From NCBI GenBank assembly GCA_024679065.1, contig JAGIQG010000007.1:82522001-82586000 (forward strand): DNA of 64,000 bases, read 5' to 3'. Each line of letters begins with the position of its first letter. Within the stretch, counting starts at the first letter, position 1. The DNA is from Sphyrna mokarran. Its lineage: Eukaryota. Below the pieces are notes generated by a model that saw only the letters and a list, made by a program, of their open reading frames with translations, ran no database searches and was not told the DNA's origin. Positions 48,486 to 61,570 of this stretch are shown here, piece after piece. The position numbers and the translations under genes were made by a program.

Positions 48486-50771
48486 ATTATCACTGGGTCA
48501 AAATCGTAGAATTTCCTCGTGAACACATTGTGGGATTCAATCACTACTGATCACCGACTCACACAGATTCCTAGGTATCAGTCACATTTCTTCCAGTTAT
48601 CCATTTGTTTTATGTGTAGGAAAAGACTGGAGAGTTCTGCAAAACTCTTCCAGCAGAACTCTTGTATCTGCCTCGCGGTTAAACTGGATTGTCTGAGTTC
48701 CTCGGGCGCTGTCAGAGTGTAGAGTTTGCGTTAGTAAGGTCAGGTGTTCAAAGCATTCAAACATTCTCTTTGTGTCTTCGGCCATCGTTAAATAACGAGA
48801 AAAAAGTGCTGAAAGGTACTTCCGAGTGACTGCCAAATCTGACTGATATTTTTGCTGTTGCCATCTGTAAATCTGAGTTCCAAAAACGTGATGCATGGGA
48901 ATAGCATTTTTGGCCACTGCTTATTATCCATTTGTGTTCAACCCGCCATCTCCACATTTAGTCATTAAAGCTCAAAAATGATCACCCAATATCCCTCCAC
49001 CAAAACCTTTCAATGCATCAGAATTATATGAGCAATTGTACACATTGACAGATAGCTATTGTATTGTAGTTGTGGCTGCTCAGAAATTTCTTGACTAGGG
49101 GTATGGCCAATTCTGGAGCACAAATCTTCCTCATAATGACGAGGATATTGTCAGGGCCCATAATGTTTGCTGTTTCTAATGTTGTTTAATGCAGAGTTAT
49201 ACTGATTCATCAGTTGTGGGAGGACAGTAAATGATAATCAATTAATAGTTTCCTCATCCATTTTAGACTTGTTGACATGAATCTTCATGAGTTCCAGATA
49301 CAAATGTTTTGGACTTCCAGGGCCACTTTCTCCCATTCATATATCACATACATGTCACATACAAACATATGTAGGTATAGTGATAGAGGAAATGGGACTT
49401 TGCAGCAAGATATGATTCTGTGAATGTCATGCTTGACTAGTTTTAGGCACAAGACCCCAAATGTTATGTAATTATTAGTAAAATTGATATGAAGAAAATT
49501 CTTTCATGCAATGAGGATAAGGATGCGGAATGCATTTCCTGAGAGTCTGGTGGAGACCAGTTTAATCAAAGTATTCAATGACAATTCGATTATTATCTGA
49601 AAAGCAAGAATGTGCAGAGTTACAGCAGATAGGATGGAGGTTGGGGAATGGCACTAGGTGAGTTGTGCATTTGGAGAGTCAGCATAGACACAATGGACCA
49701 AATGGCCCCCTTCCTCTCCATGACAATTCTGTGGTTTTGTGATCATTAGTTGATTTTTCTCTGGCAGTTCCATGCAACCTATTGGCTTTCTGGAAAGTTT
49801 GAGAGGACCATTAGAATCAGTCATTGTGTCATAAGGCTGAAGTTATATACAGAATGACAGATTTCCTTCTCTTAAAGGGCATTCTTAAACCAATTGTGTT
49901 TTTATAGACAGTTCAGTCGCTTCATTGTTATCATTACTAAGTCGAGCTTTTGTTTATTTAAGTTCCACAACCAACAAAGTGGAATTTGGAGTTCATGTCT
50001 CTGTCAGGCTCAGAGTTGCTAGCCAGGTAATATTACCACTTTACTAGTCATCCCGAGGAACATTATATTGTACCATCATCACTATTACCACTGGGAAATC
50101 ACCATTTACTCTTACCTCAAGGTGACGTCACCATCGCCCCGATGACTATAGGCCATAGACCATCACCTCATTTGAGGGAGGGAGCTGATTGGTGGTGATT
50201 TAACCTGAGGCATCACCAGAGTTCTGGCGAGGGGCAAGGTTTAGAATAACCTGAGCTGAATTCATTATTACACTAGCAAATGGCCACTAAACTATCAACA
50301 CTATTACCATGAGTAACATTACAACAATACTATCCTTTCCAGTAATGCCGAGTGGAGTCAAAAGTGAGTAAACAGAGTTAAGTTACAAATCAGTCACGGT
50401 TCCACTGAATGGGCTCCTTTTGTTCCTATTGCCTTATACAGTTAAGACTGAGATAGTTTGTTAGTTTGGTGCATATTCATTGACGGCCGTTTGACCACTG
50501 GAAGTTTGAAGGTCTCCCTAAAATGTGATTAAGCAGACGCAGCCATTCATCGAAACAGTGTGAGAATTGTTTCCATTTTCGAATCAAGTCAGAATTGTCA
50601 ACTTAAATCTCATGGGTTTCACAAAGTAATTTTATTGAAAAAAGTAATATGCAAATAAGATGATGAAAATAACATGGTATCCAATCAGCCTCCGGTGGAG
50701 TTCAAAGTTGGGTGGAAATCTCCAAAGGCCCAGATGTATTTTGTGTGTGTCACAGAATGAGCATGGTGTTG

Positions 50772-50810
50772 GGTTTTTGTATGGGTTTTTCTATGCTTTC
50801 AGTCGCTGTG
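50772..50810 (-). other. 23-bp-spacer RSS of V gene A
   Basis: CACAGCG (50810-50804), 23-nt spacer, ACAAAAACC (50780-50772). Confidence 0.95.
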
Positions 50811-51118
50811 ACTCCATAAAGCACAGTAATAGATTCCGGAGTCATCCTCCTTAATGTCCCGCAGCAGCAAACTGCAGGTTTTGCTTGCTTGTCTTTTTTC
50901 AGCAAACAATACTTTATTGGTCATATCTTGAGCAGTCTCGGATGGATTCTTATAATATAACATTCGTTGCAACCCTTGACCGGGGCTTTGCCGGTACCAA
51001 TGGATAATGGCATTCTCGAAGTCTGTTCCGTCGATCTTACACTCAAACCGCACAGTCTTCATCTGATTCTTGATCATTGAAAGTGGAGATTGCGTCAACG
51101 TTTGAGCGTCTGCTTCTC
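50811..51118 (-). CDS. TRGV: TCR gamma V gene A, V exon (EADAQTLTQSPLS...FECKID...IIHWYRQSPG...EDDSGIYYCALWS)
   Basis: Acceptor tctcctacAG, open frame, conserved Cys, IHWY and D-x-G-x-YYCALW typical of V-gamma. Followed directly by a 23-RSS. Confidence 0.93.
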
Positions 51119-51220
51119 CTGTAGGAGATAAAAACACAGATCAGTCAGATTTGTCAGTAAGTGGACGGGGAGCAGAATGATGAATATGAAAAATAATCAG
51201 TTGGAACCTCCAATACTGAC

Positions 51221-51263
51221 TGAGGAAAGAGGTTAGTAAAATCATAACAATGTGACCCTTCAT
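51221..51263 (-). CDS. TRGV: TCR gamma V gene A, leader exon (MKGHIVMILLTSFL)
   Basis: ATG at 51263, then 14 mostly hydrophobic codons plus 1 nt and a GTCAGT donor. Phase 1 matches the V exon across a 102-bp intron. Confidence 0.88.
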
Positions 51264-51334
51264 GTTTGTGTGTCCAACATTGAACTGATCCGGGTTTACT
51301 AATAACTGTTACTAGGTCGCTGCGATGCCGGAAA

Positions 51335-51342
51335 TTACGTCA
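51335..51342 (-). promoter_or_regulatory. CRE/ATF-like element in the V gene A promoter
   Basis: TGACGTAA about 70 bp upstream of the leader ATG. CRE-like motifs are typical of TCR V promoters. Confidence 0.55.
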
Positions 51343-53087
51343 ATCGGTTTTACCCAATATTGAATCTCCACGTAACCTCAGGCTGTTGTTTCCATTTGGC
51401 GGTTGTGATGTTTCATCTTGTTATTGACTCTTTCGCTTCAATCCGCCTTTCATCACAACTATGAAATCCATTCACTCGAAGTGATCAGTTTTCTGGTGGT
51501 TCATTCTATAGAGTTTCTCAAGTTTCCTTATCCCATTGAGATAGTTTCAAAGTAACAGATCTACATTTCCCGTTCCAGTAACAATCTTACACAGCTGGAA
51601 GAACACCTTCCCAACACCTCCAGATCAAAACCAGGGCCCCAAATCTTTCCAATATTTGTGCTCTTGATATTAGGATCATCCTTATGCCTGAGCACTGCCT
51701 GCAGCACATTAATGTATCCCGTGTATGTGCCTGAATGACTAGAGGGAGAATCATTACTCTATGTGATCTAACTCGAGATTCTATACAGTCTTCCTATTAC
51801 CTCTTCTGACTATTGAAGGCGAACTTTTCATTGCCTTTGCGATTGCTACTTTTAGCTGGTTGGATTATTGATCATTGAGTTTACTTTCACTCCCCCTCAA
51901 AATAATCCTTATTCTCATTGTTGCTGTCAAGTGCGTAGCTCGAACTTTCTCTTACTTTCGCAATCCCTCTCTATTTTTTTCTTCATTCCGTATTCTCTCT
52001 CCCTCCTCTCTTTATTTATCTCTTTCTCATCATTTTTCTTTTACCTTCTTTTGTTTTGACTCATTATCTTTCTCATTTTCTGTTGCCCTCTTCCTCCCTT
52101 TCTGTCTCTTTAATGTCCTTTAGGGAAGGGACTCTGCCGTCCTTACTTGGTCTGCCCTGTATGTGACTCCACATCCCACTGCGATGTGGTTAACTCTTAA
52201 ATGGGTGGGTAATAAATGCTGGCCGAGCCAGTAACGTCTACATCCGGTGAACAAAAAAAAAACTCTCCTTTATTTTGTCCTTTCTCTATTTCTCTCGCTA
52301 TTGTTTTTCTTCCAATTTCTCATTGTTTCTCTCACTTCTCTTTTTCACACACTCTGAAAATTTGCTGTTCAGAGGGACTTTGCTGTATTCAAACAAGGAA
52401 TACAAAGTTAACGTGCAGGTGCAGCAAGTAATTAGGAAGGCAAATGGTATACTGGGCTTTATTGCAAGAGATTTGGAGTACAAAATGAAGGAAGCTGTCT
52501 TGCAGAGATTTGCTAAAACCACATCTAGAGCACTGTGTAGTTTGCTCTCCATGGTTAAGAAAGAATATGTTTACATTAGAAAGGCTTCAGCGAAGGTTCA
52601 CTAGATTGGTTTATCGGATGAAAGGTTGTTCTATCATGAGAAGCTGAGTAAATTGGCCAATATTCTCTCCAGTTAATATGAATAGGCTGTGATTTCATTG
52701 AAAGGGTTTAATAGGAGAGTCAGTGATAGGTTATTTCCCCTGACAAGGGAATCTAGAACACAGGAGAAAAGTCTCAGGATAAGGGGCTGATCATTTAGGA
52801 TTGAGATGAGGAAAACATCTTCACTGAGGTTTGTGACTCTTTGGGATTCTTCACTGCAGGGAGTTATAAATTTCTCTTGTTGAGTATATTCAAGGAGACT
52901 TTTGGTCTTTGAGGAAATCAAGGATAGGGGCCAAGAAAGCAGACTTGAGCCCATGACTGTACGGTCTCATAGGTCTCATATGGTCTCCTCCTGCTTCCCT
53001 CTGTTTTCTACCAACCACTTGAGGTGGGGGTTGATCAATCTTTGACACTGTGAATGCAATTAAGTTCTCCTGGTATCCTACATAGGT

Positions 53088-53748
53088 TGCAACTACTTCC
53101 TGTGGTAGTGAATTCCACACACTCACCACTCTGCAGGGCAGCTTAGTGGCACAATGATTAGCACTGCTGCCTTGCAGTGTCAGGAACCTGGGTTCGATTC
53201 CTGGCTTGGATCACTGTCTGTGCAGTCTGCACATTCTCCCCATGCCTGCGTGCATTTCCTCTAAGTGCTCTGGTTTCCTCCCAGAGTCTGAAAGACGCAT
53301 TGGTTAGATGCATTGGCCATGTTAAATTCTCCCTCAGTATGCATGAACAGGCCCAGGATGTGGTGACTCAGGGATTTTCACAGTAACTTCATTACAGTAT
53401 TAATGTAAGCCGACTTGCTGACATAATTTATATATATTTAATAATAAACTAATCTCTGGGTAAAGAAATTTCTCCTCATCTCAGTTCTGAGAGGCTTGAC
53501 CCTTATCTTCAAACTATGACCCCTAGTTCTGGACTCCCCCACCATTGGGAATATTCTATTTGAATCTACCACGTCTAATCCTGTTAGAATTTTATAAATT
53601 TCTATGAGATCCCCTCGCACTCTTCTAATCTTCAATGAATACAATCTTAACTGATTAGTCTGTCCTCGTATGACAGACCTGTTGTCCTAGGATTCAGCTG
53701 TCAAATCTGTGCTGCACTCTCTCTATTAACAAGGAAATCCTCTAAATA
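53088..53748 (-). mobile_element. CR1 3' fragment interrupted by a V-SINE (about 53133-53440), lying at the duplication/deletion junction
   Basis: GDLIEIYKIL…RRNFFTQR. The SINE shows the tRNA-like head and V-SINE core. Confidence 0.8.
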
Positions 53749-54700
53749 GATCCGGGTTTACTAATAACTGTTACTAGGTCGCTGCGATGCCGGAAATTAC
53801 GTCAATCGGTTTTACCCAATATTGAATCTCCACGTAACCTCAGGCTGTTGTTTCCATTTGGCGGTTGTGATGTTTCATCTTGTTATTGACTCTTTCGCTT
53901 CAATCCGCCTTTCATCACAACTATGAAATCCATTCACTCGAAGTGATCAGTTTTCTGGTGGTTCATTCTATAGAGTTTCTCAAGTTTCCTTATCCCATTG
54001 AGATAGTTTCAAAGTAACAGATCTACATTTCCCGTTCCAGTAACAATCTTACACAGCTGGAAGGACACCTTCCCAACACCTCCAGATCAAAACCAGGGCC
54101 CCAAATCTTTCCAATATTTGTGCTCTTGATATTAGGATCATCCTTATGCCTGAGCACTGCCTGCAGCACATTAATGTATCCCGTGTATGTGCCTGAATGA
54201 CTAGAGGGAGAATCATTACTCTATGTGATCTAACTCGAGATTCTATACAGTCCTCCCATTACCTCTTCTGACTATTGAAGGCGAACTTTTCATTGCCTTT
54301 GCAATTGCTACTTTTAGTGGTTGGATTATTGAGTTTACTTTCACTCCCCCTCAAAATCCTTATTCCCATTGTTGCTGTCAAGTGTGTAGCTCACTCTTTC
54401 TTTCTTCATATTTTTCTTTCCTTCTTGCTATCTTTTCTTCCCTCTGCATTCTGTCTTTCATCTGTTTATTTCTGTCTCTTTCGCTATTTCTCTATCTCTC
54501 ACCCCTTTTTGCTTTGACTTTGACCCAGCCAGCAATGCGCACATTCCATGAACAAATTAAAACATCTCTATTTTGTTCTTTCTCTTTCCTTTTTCTATTT
54601 CTCTCATTCTCCTTTTCCCCTCTATTTCCATTTGTTTCTCTATTTTCTGTGTTTCACACATTCTGAGAGTGTTGCTGTTCATAGAGACTTTGCTGTATTC
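53749..54700. repeat. Duplicated copy of the V gene A upstream/promoter region (about 51287-52390), with no V gene attached
   Basis: Sequence starting gatccgggtttactaataactgttactagg matches 51287 onward. It is nearly identical for about 550 bp, then more diverged. Confidence 0.92.
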
Positions 54701-54719
54701 CTACAAGAAACTGGACAAG

Positions 54720-57700
54720 ACTGGAATGTTTGAAGGGGTGAGTGTTTGCTAGTGCTGTTGGGGAGTGTTTAAACTAATGGCAGGGGGATGGACACTGATG
54801 CAGGAAGTCAGAGGGAAGTAAAGTGAGGACAGAAACAAAAGGCAGTAAGGGAAAAAGTGGAAGGCAGTGAAACCAAAGACAGAAATCAAAAAAGGGCCAT
54901 AGTAAAGAGTACAGAGATTATGCAGAACTCAGTGAATGGGTCCAGTAAGGCTAAAAGAAATAAAACACAGGGAGAGTGTACAAAATATGTTAGAACAGAT
55001 GGTCTGAGGTGTGTTTGCTTTGGCACAAGGAATATGACAGGTAAGGTGGATGAACTTAGAGATGGATTATTACATAGAACTATGACGTTGTGGAAATTAC
55101 AGAGACTTGGATGAAAGAAAGGCAGGACTGACAAGAAGGACATTTCAAGATTTAGATACTTGAAGATATGTGTAAAAAGGATAGAAGTAGACCGAGAGTG
55201 AAAGTACTAAACTGGAGGTAGGCTCACTACAATAGTATTAGGCAGGAGCTGGGGAATGTGAACTGCAGATGGCTGTTTGAGGATAAATCCATATCCAAAA
55301 TGTAAGAGTCTCTTAATAGCAGTTGTTAACAATTCAGAAGAAGTATGTCCCTGTAAGAATGAAGAATAAAGACAGCAAGATTTGGGAACCCTGGATGACA
55401 AGAGAGATTGTGATCTTAGTGAAAAAAAGGAGGTATACATAAATTTCAGGAAACTGCCATTGGATAAGGCTCTTGAGGAATACAAAGATAGAAGGAAAGA
55501 GCTTAAACAAGATTTAGGAGGGCAAAAAGAGGCCATGAAATGTCTTTGCAGGCAAGATTAAGGAAAAGCCCAAGGCTTTTTATGCACATATAAGAAGGAA
55601 GAGAGTACCTAAGGAAAAAATGAGTCCAGTCAAGGACAGTGGAGGGAATTTGTGTGTGGAGCCAGATGAGGTGGGTGAGATCCTTAACGAGTACTTTACG
55701 TCACTATTCACAAAGGAGAAGGATGATGGATGGTGAATGTAGAAAGAAGGATGGTGTCATTCTGGGACATACTGAGATAAAAAGGGAGGAAGTATTGGAG
55801 GTTTTGAAAAACATTAAGGTGGACAAGTCCGCAGGGCCAGATAGGGTCTATCCCAGAATACTGAGAGAGGTGAGAGAGGAATTTGCTGAGGCCTTGGCCA
55901 AAATCTTTGTATATCTTTAGCCACTGATGAGGAACTCGAGGACTGGAGAATGGATAACATTGTTTCTCTTTTTAAGAAGGACAGAAGACACAATCTAGGG
56001 AATTACAGGCCTCTGAGCCTTACATCAGTGGTGGGGAAATTATTGGGGAAGATTCTTAGGGACGGGATGTATTCACATCTGAAAGAGAATTGGGAGAATG
56101 GTTCTGTGCAGGGGAGGTCGTGTCTCACAAACTTGATTGAGTTCTTTGAGGAAGTGACAAAAAAAAATTGCCCAGGGCAGAGCAATGGATGTTGTATATA
56201 TGGACTTTAGTAAAGCCTTCGATAACGTTTCTCATGGCAGGCTGATACAGAAGGGAAGTCGTATGAGATGCAAGGTGAGCTAGTAATATGGGTACAAAAC
56301 TGGCGCTTGGATATAGAAAGCAGAGAATAGCAGTGGAAGGGTACTTTTCTAACTGGAGCTTTGTGACAAGCAACACAAGGATTAGTGCCGGGGCCTCTGT
56401 TGTTTGTAATATATATAAATAGTTTGGAAGTAAATGTAGATGGTTCAGTTAGCAAATTTGCAGATGATACAAAATTGTGGGAGTAGTAGATGGTGAGGAG
56501 GATTTCAGAGGGTACAACAGGATATAAATTGGCTGGCAACATGGGCCAAAAGATAGCAGATGTAATTTAACCTGGAAAAATGCGAGGTGATGTGATTTGG
56601 AAGGTCTACTGCAAAAGAAAAGTATATAGTAAATGGTGGAGCCCTTAGAAATATTAGCATACAGAGGGATCTAGACATGCAGATCCACAGTTCTCTGAAA
56701 GTGGCAACTCAGGTGGACAAATAGTCAAGAAGATGTATGGCAGGCTGACTTTTATCAGTCAGGACGCTGAGTATAGGAATTGGAAAATCATGTTGCAGCT
56801 GTTTCATACTTTAGTTAGGCCACATTTGAAGTATTGTGTACAATTCTGTTCGTCACACTACCAGAAGGATGTTGATTCATTGGAGAGGGTGCAGAAGAGA
56901 TTTAATAGGATGTTGCCTGGTTTGGAGAATATGGACTATGAAGAAAGATTGAACAAACTTGGATTGTTTTCATTGGAGTGTCAGCGGATAAGAAGTTGGG
57001 GGGGGGGGGGACCTGATAGAGGTTTACAAGATTACTGCATATTTGGATAGAGTGGATAACCAGACTTTTTTTCCCAGGGTTGAAGGATCAATTATTTGGG
57101 GGCAGAGGTTAGAACGTAAGAACATAAGAACCAGAGGCAGGAGTAGGCCATCTTGCTCTCGAATCTGCTTCGCCATTGAATAAGATATTTTCATGGACTC
57201 AGCTCCACTTACCCACCCACTCACCATAATCCCTTTACTATTCAAAAATTTATCTATCCTTACCTTAAAAACATTCAATAAGGTAGCCTCAACTGCTTCA
57301 CTGGGCAGGGAATTCCACAGATGTGTGAAAAAGTTCCTCCTCAACTCAGTCCTAAATTTATTTCCTCTTGTTTTGAGGCTATGCCCCCTAGTTCTAGTTT
57401 CACCCACCAGTATATATGGACTTTAGTAAAGCTTTTGATAACGTTCCTCATAGCAGGCTGATACAGAAGGGAAGTTGTATGAGATGCAAGATGAGATAGT
57501 AATATGGGTACAAAACTGGTACTTGGATATAGAAAGCAGAGAATAGCAGTGGAAGGGTACTTTTCTAACTGGAGCTTTGTGACAAGCGACACAAGGATTA
57601 GTGCTGGGGCCTCTGTTGTTTGTAATATATATAAATAGTTTGGAAGTAAATGTAGGTGGTTCAATTAGCAAATTTGCAGATGATACAAAATTGTGCTTCT

Positions 57701-60170
57701 ATCTTATCTGTTCCCTTCATAATCTTATATGTTTCTATAAGATCTCCCTTCATTCTTCTGAATTCCAATGAGTATAGCCCAGGTCTGTTTGTCTCTCCTC
57801 ATAAGCCAACCCTCTCAACTCTGGAGTCAACCTAGTGAATCTCCTCTGCACCCCCTCCAGTGCCAGTGTATCCTTTCTCAAGTAAAGAGACCAAAACTGT
57901 ATACATTACTGCAGGTGTGGCTTCACAAGCGCCTTATAAAGCTGCAACATAACCTTGCTGTTTTTAAATTCCATCCCTCTAGCAATGAAGAACAAAATTC
58001 CATTTGCCTTCTTAATTACTTGCTGCACCTGCAAACCAACTCCTTGAGATTCCTGCGCAAGGACTCCCGGGTCTCTCTGCACAAGAGCATGCTGCAATCT
58101 TTTACCATTTAAATAATAGTCCATTTTGCTGTTATTCCGACCAAAATGGATTATCTCATATTTACCAATACTGTACTCCATCTACCAGAGCCTCACCCAT
58201 TCACTTAGATTATCTATATCCCTTTGCAGACTTTTAACGTTCTCTGCACACTTTGCTCTGCCATCCATCTTAGTATCATCTGCGAATTTTGACACGCTAT
58301 ACTTGGCCCCCAACTTCAAATCATCAATGTAAGTTGTAAACAATTGCAGTCCCAACGCTGATCCTTGAGGCACACCACCAGTCACTGATTGCCAACCAGA
58401 AAAATTCCCATTTATCCCCACCCTTTGCTTTCTGTTAGTTAACCAATCCCCTATCCTTGCTAATGCATTACCGTAACACCATGTGCCTTTAATTTATGCA
58501 GCAGTCTTTGGTGCTGCACTTTGTCAAATGCCTTCTGGAAATCCAGATACATCACATATACAGGTTCCCCACTATCCACTGCACATTTAGTGTCCTCAAA
58601 GAATTCCACCAAATTAGTTAAACATGATCATCCCTTCATGAACTCATGCTGACAATTTATATGCAGATGTCTCGCTATTTCTTCCTTGATGATAGGTTCA
58701 AGCATTTTCCCTACTGCAGAAGTTAAGCTAATCAGCCTATAGTTATCTGTCTTTGTCTGTCTCCCTTTTTAAGCAATGATGTCATGTTGTCATTTTCCAA
58801 TCTGTGGGAACCAGCCCCGACTCCAGCAAATACTGGTAAATTATCACCAGTGCATTTGTTATTTCTCCTGCCATCTCTTTTAGTACCCTGGGATGTATTC
58901 CATCAAGACCAGGAGACTTGTCTGTCTTTAGCCCCATTAACTTGCCCAACACTACCTCTTTTGTGATAATAGTTTGTAGGTTCTCACCTGTCCTAGCCTT
59001 CCTGTCATCAATTTTTGACATGTTATTTGTGTCTTCCACTGTGAAGACCGATACAAAATACCTGTTCAATGCCTTAGCCATTTTCTCATTTCCAGTTATG
59101 ACATTCCCCTTATCACCCTCTAAAGGACCAATGATTACTTTGGCCACTCCTTTTTATACATTTGTAAAAACTTTTGCTATCTGTTTTTATTTCTGAGCTA
59201 GTTTATTCTCATAATTCATATTACTTTTCTTTATAGCTTTTCTCGTGGTTTTCTGCTGACTTAAAGATTTCCTAATTCTCTAGGTTCCCACTCATCTTTG
59301 CCACTTTGTATGCATTTTCTTTCAATTTGGTACCCTACTTTATTTTCTTAGATATCCATGGCTGATTATCTTTTTCTACAGTCCTTATCACTGGTATATA
59401 CTTTTGCTGAGCACTGTGAAAATCCTCCACTGTTCCTCAATTGTCCCAAAATAAAGTTTTGCTCCCAGTCTACCTTAGCCAACTCTTCCCTCATCTCTTT
59501 GTAGTCTCCTTTGTTTAAGCACAAGACACTGGTATTGGATTTTACCTTCTCACACTTCGTCTGTATTTTAAATTCAACCATACTGTGACCGCTTCTACCA
59601 AGAGGATCCCTAACTGTATGATCATTAATTATCCCTATCTCATTACACAGGACTAGATAGCTTGCTCCTCCGTCGATTCCATCATATACTAGAAGCTATC
59701 ATGGATACATTCTTCCTCAAGGCTGCCTTGACCAATCCAGTTTGACCAATTGATATGTAGATTCTAATCCCCCATAATTGCTGTACTATTTTTACATGCA
59801 TTAGTCATTTCTTTGTTTATTTCTTTCCCCACCATGATGTCAGTATTTGGTGCCCTAAAGACTACGCCTTTTCTCTTTACTATTTCTAATTTTCATCCAA
59901 ATGGATTCAACCTTTTTTTTCCATAGAACCTGTGTCATTTCTCACTATCGCCCTGATGTCACCTTAAATATCAGAGCTGCACCATCTCTCTTGCTCCATA
60001 GTATCTCCAGCCACCACTCCAGTTCTGAAACCCGAGCTTCCAGGAGGTGTAATTAGAGACACTTCCAGCACATATGCTGACCCAGGTGACTGGAACTGTT
60101 CCCAGCCTCCCACATGGAGCAAGAGGAACAAACCATGGCTTGGAGCTCTCTTGTCATGTCTTACCCCTTT
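54720..60170. mobile_element. Nested CR1 LINEs (+ about 54720-57110; - about 57110-60170) inserted into the duplicated segment
   Basis: RT and endonuclease motifs in broken ORFs on both strands. Confidence 0.88.
57410..57695 (+). repeat. 286-bp copy of 56194-56479 inserted into a different, oppositely oriented LINE
   Basis: Collinear, about 13 substitutions by eye, sharing idiosyncratic mutations. Confidence 0.85.
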
Positions 60171-60864
60171 AAACTAAACTTTTGAAAGACATTTTGTTTC
60201 AGACTATATCCAGTTTTCCAGGGCCCTTCTTTCCTGCTCCTTGTTATTACCAAGTATAACCTTTTCAAACAATAAACCACAGAAATTACACAGAAACACT
60301 ATAATAGTGTACAACAACTACAATGCCAAGTGCAAAAAGGGAAAAAAAAACACTTACCAATCAGCACCCTTGCTTGTGGCTTCTGTTTCACCTAACTCCC
60401 TGTGTTCATCCAACTCCAAAATCACTCCTGTCAGTCAGGCAGCACTCACCATGCAGATTGAAAGTGAGCAGGGAAAATGTTTAAAAGCAATGTAAGGGGC
60501 AAGTTTTTCTCACTGAGGGTGGTGAATGCCATAAGACTGTAAGACATAGGAGCAGAATTAGGCCACTCGGCCCATTGAATGGCTCTGCCATTCAAACAAA
60601 GCTGATATTTTTCTCATCCCCATTCTGCTGCCTTTTCCCCATAACCCCTGATCCCCTTATTAATCAATACTTGGAATGTGCTACCAGAGGAGACAGTGGA
60701 AGCAGATTTTATAATATCATTCAAAAGGTATTCTGGATATATACATAATTAGGTAGGGAATGGAGGGATATGGACCACATAGAGGCAAGGAAATATTACA
60801 ATAGAGAGGCATCTGTGTTGGCATAGACTTGGTGGGCTGAAGCGCCTGTTTCTGTGCTGCCTTT

Positions 60865-61570
60865 TGAACACAAAGTTAACTTTGTTAAAACGCAGCAAGC
60901 AATTAGGAAAGCACACGGCAGGTTGGTCTTTATCGCAAAGCACTTGGGGTACAAAGTTAGGGAAACTGTGCAATTGTATAGAGATTTGCTGAGGCCACAT
61001 CTGCAGCACTGTGTAGTTTACTCTCAATGGTCAAGGAACAACATTAGAGAGGCTTCAGCAAAGGTTCACCAGATTGGTTTATCAGATGGAAGGTTGTCCT
61101 ATGATAAGAAGTTGAGTAAATTGGCTAAAATTCTCTGGAGTTTAGAGGAATAGGAGGTGATTTCATTGAAAGATAGATGATTCTGAAAGGATTTAATAGA
61201 AACAGTGGTAGGTTATTCCCCCTGACTGGGAAATCTAAAACACAGGAGAAAAGTTTCAGGGTAGAGGGCTGATCATTTAGGATTGAGATGAGGAAAAACT
61301 TCTTCACTGAGGTTTGTGACTCTTTGGAATTCTTCGCTGCAGGGAGTTGTACATGTTCTCTTGTCGAGTATATTGAAGGAGACTTTTGGTCTTTGAGGAA
61401 ATCAAGGGATGTGAAGAGGGACCACGCAAGCAGACTTGTGCCCATGACGGTATTGGATGGCATGCAAGCTCGGCTCATATGTCTCCTGCTTCCCTCTGTT
61501 TTCTATTGACTATTTGAGATGGATGTTGATCAATCTATGGCACTATGAAAGCAACCAAGTTCTCCTGGTG
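60865..61570. repeat. Continuation of the same duplication (paralogous to about 52400-53080), an old CR1 3' fragment
   Basis: Collinear similarity that extends into flanking sequence beyond the LINE (…ttgatcaatct…ttctcctggt…). Confidence 0.75.
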
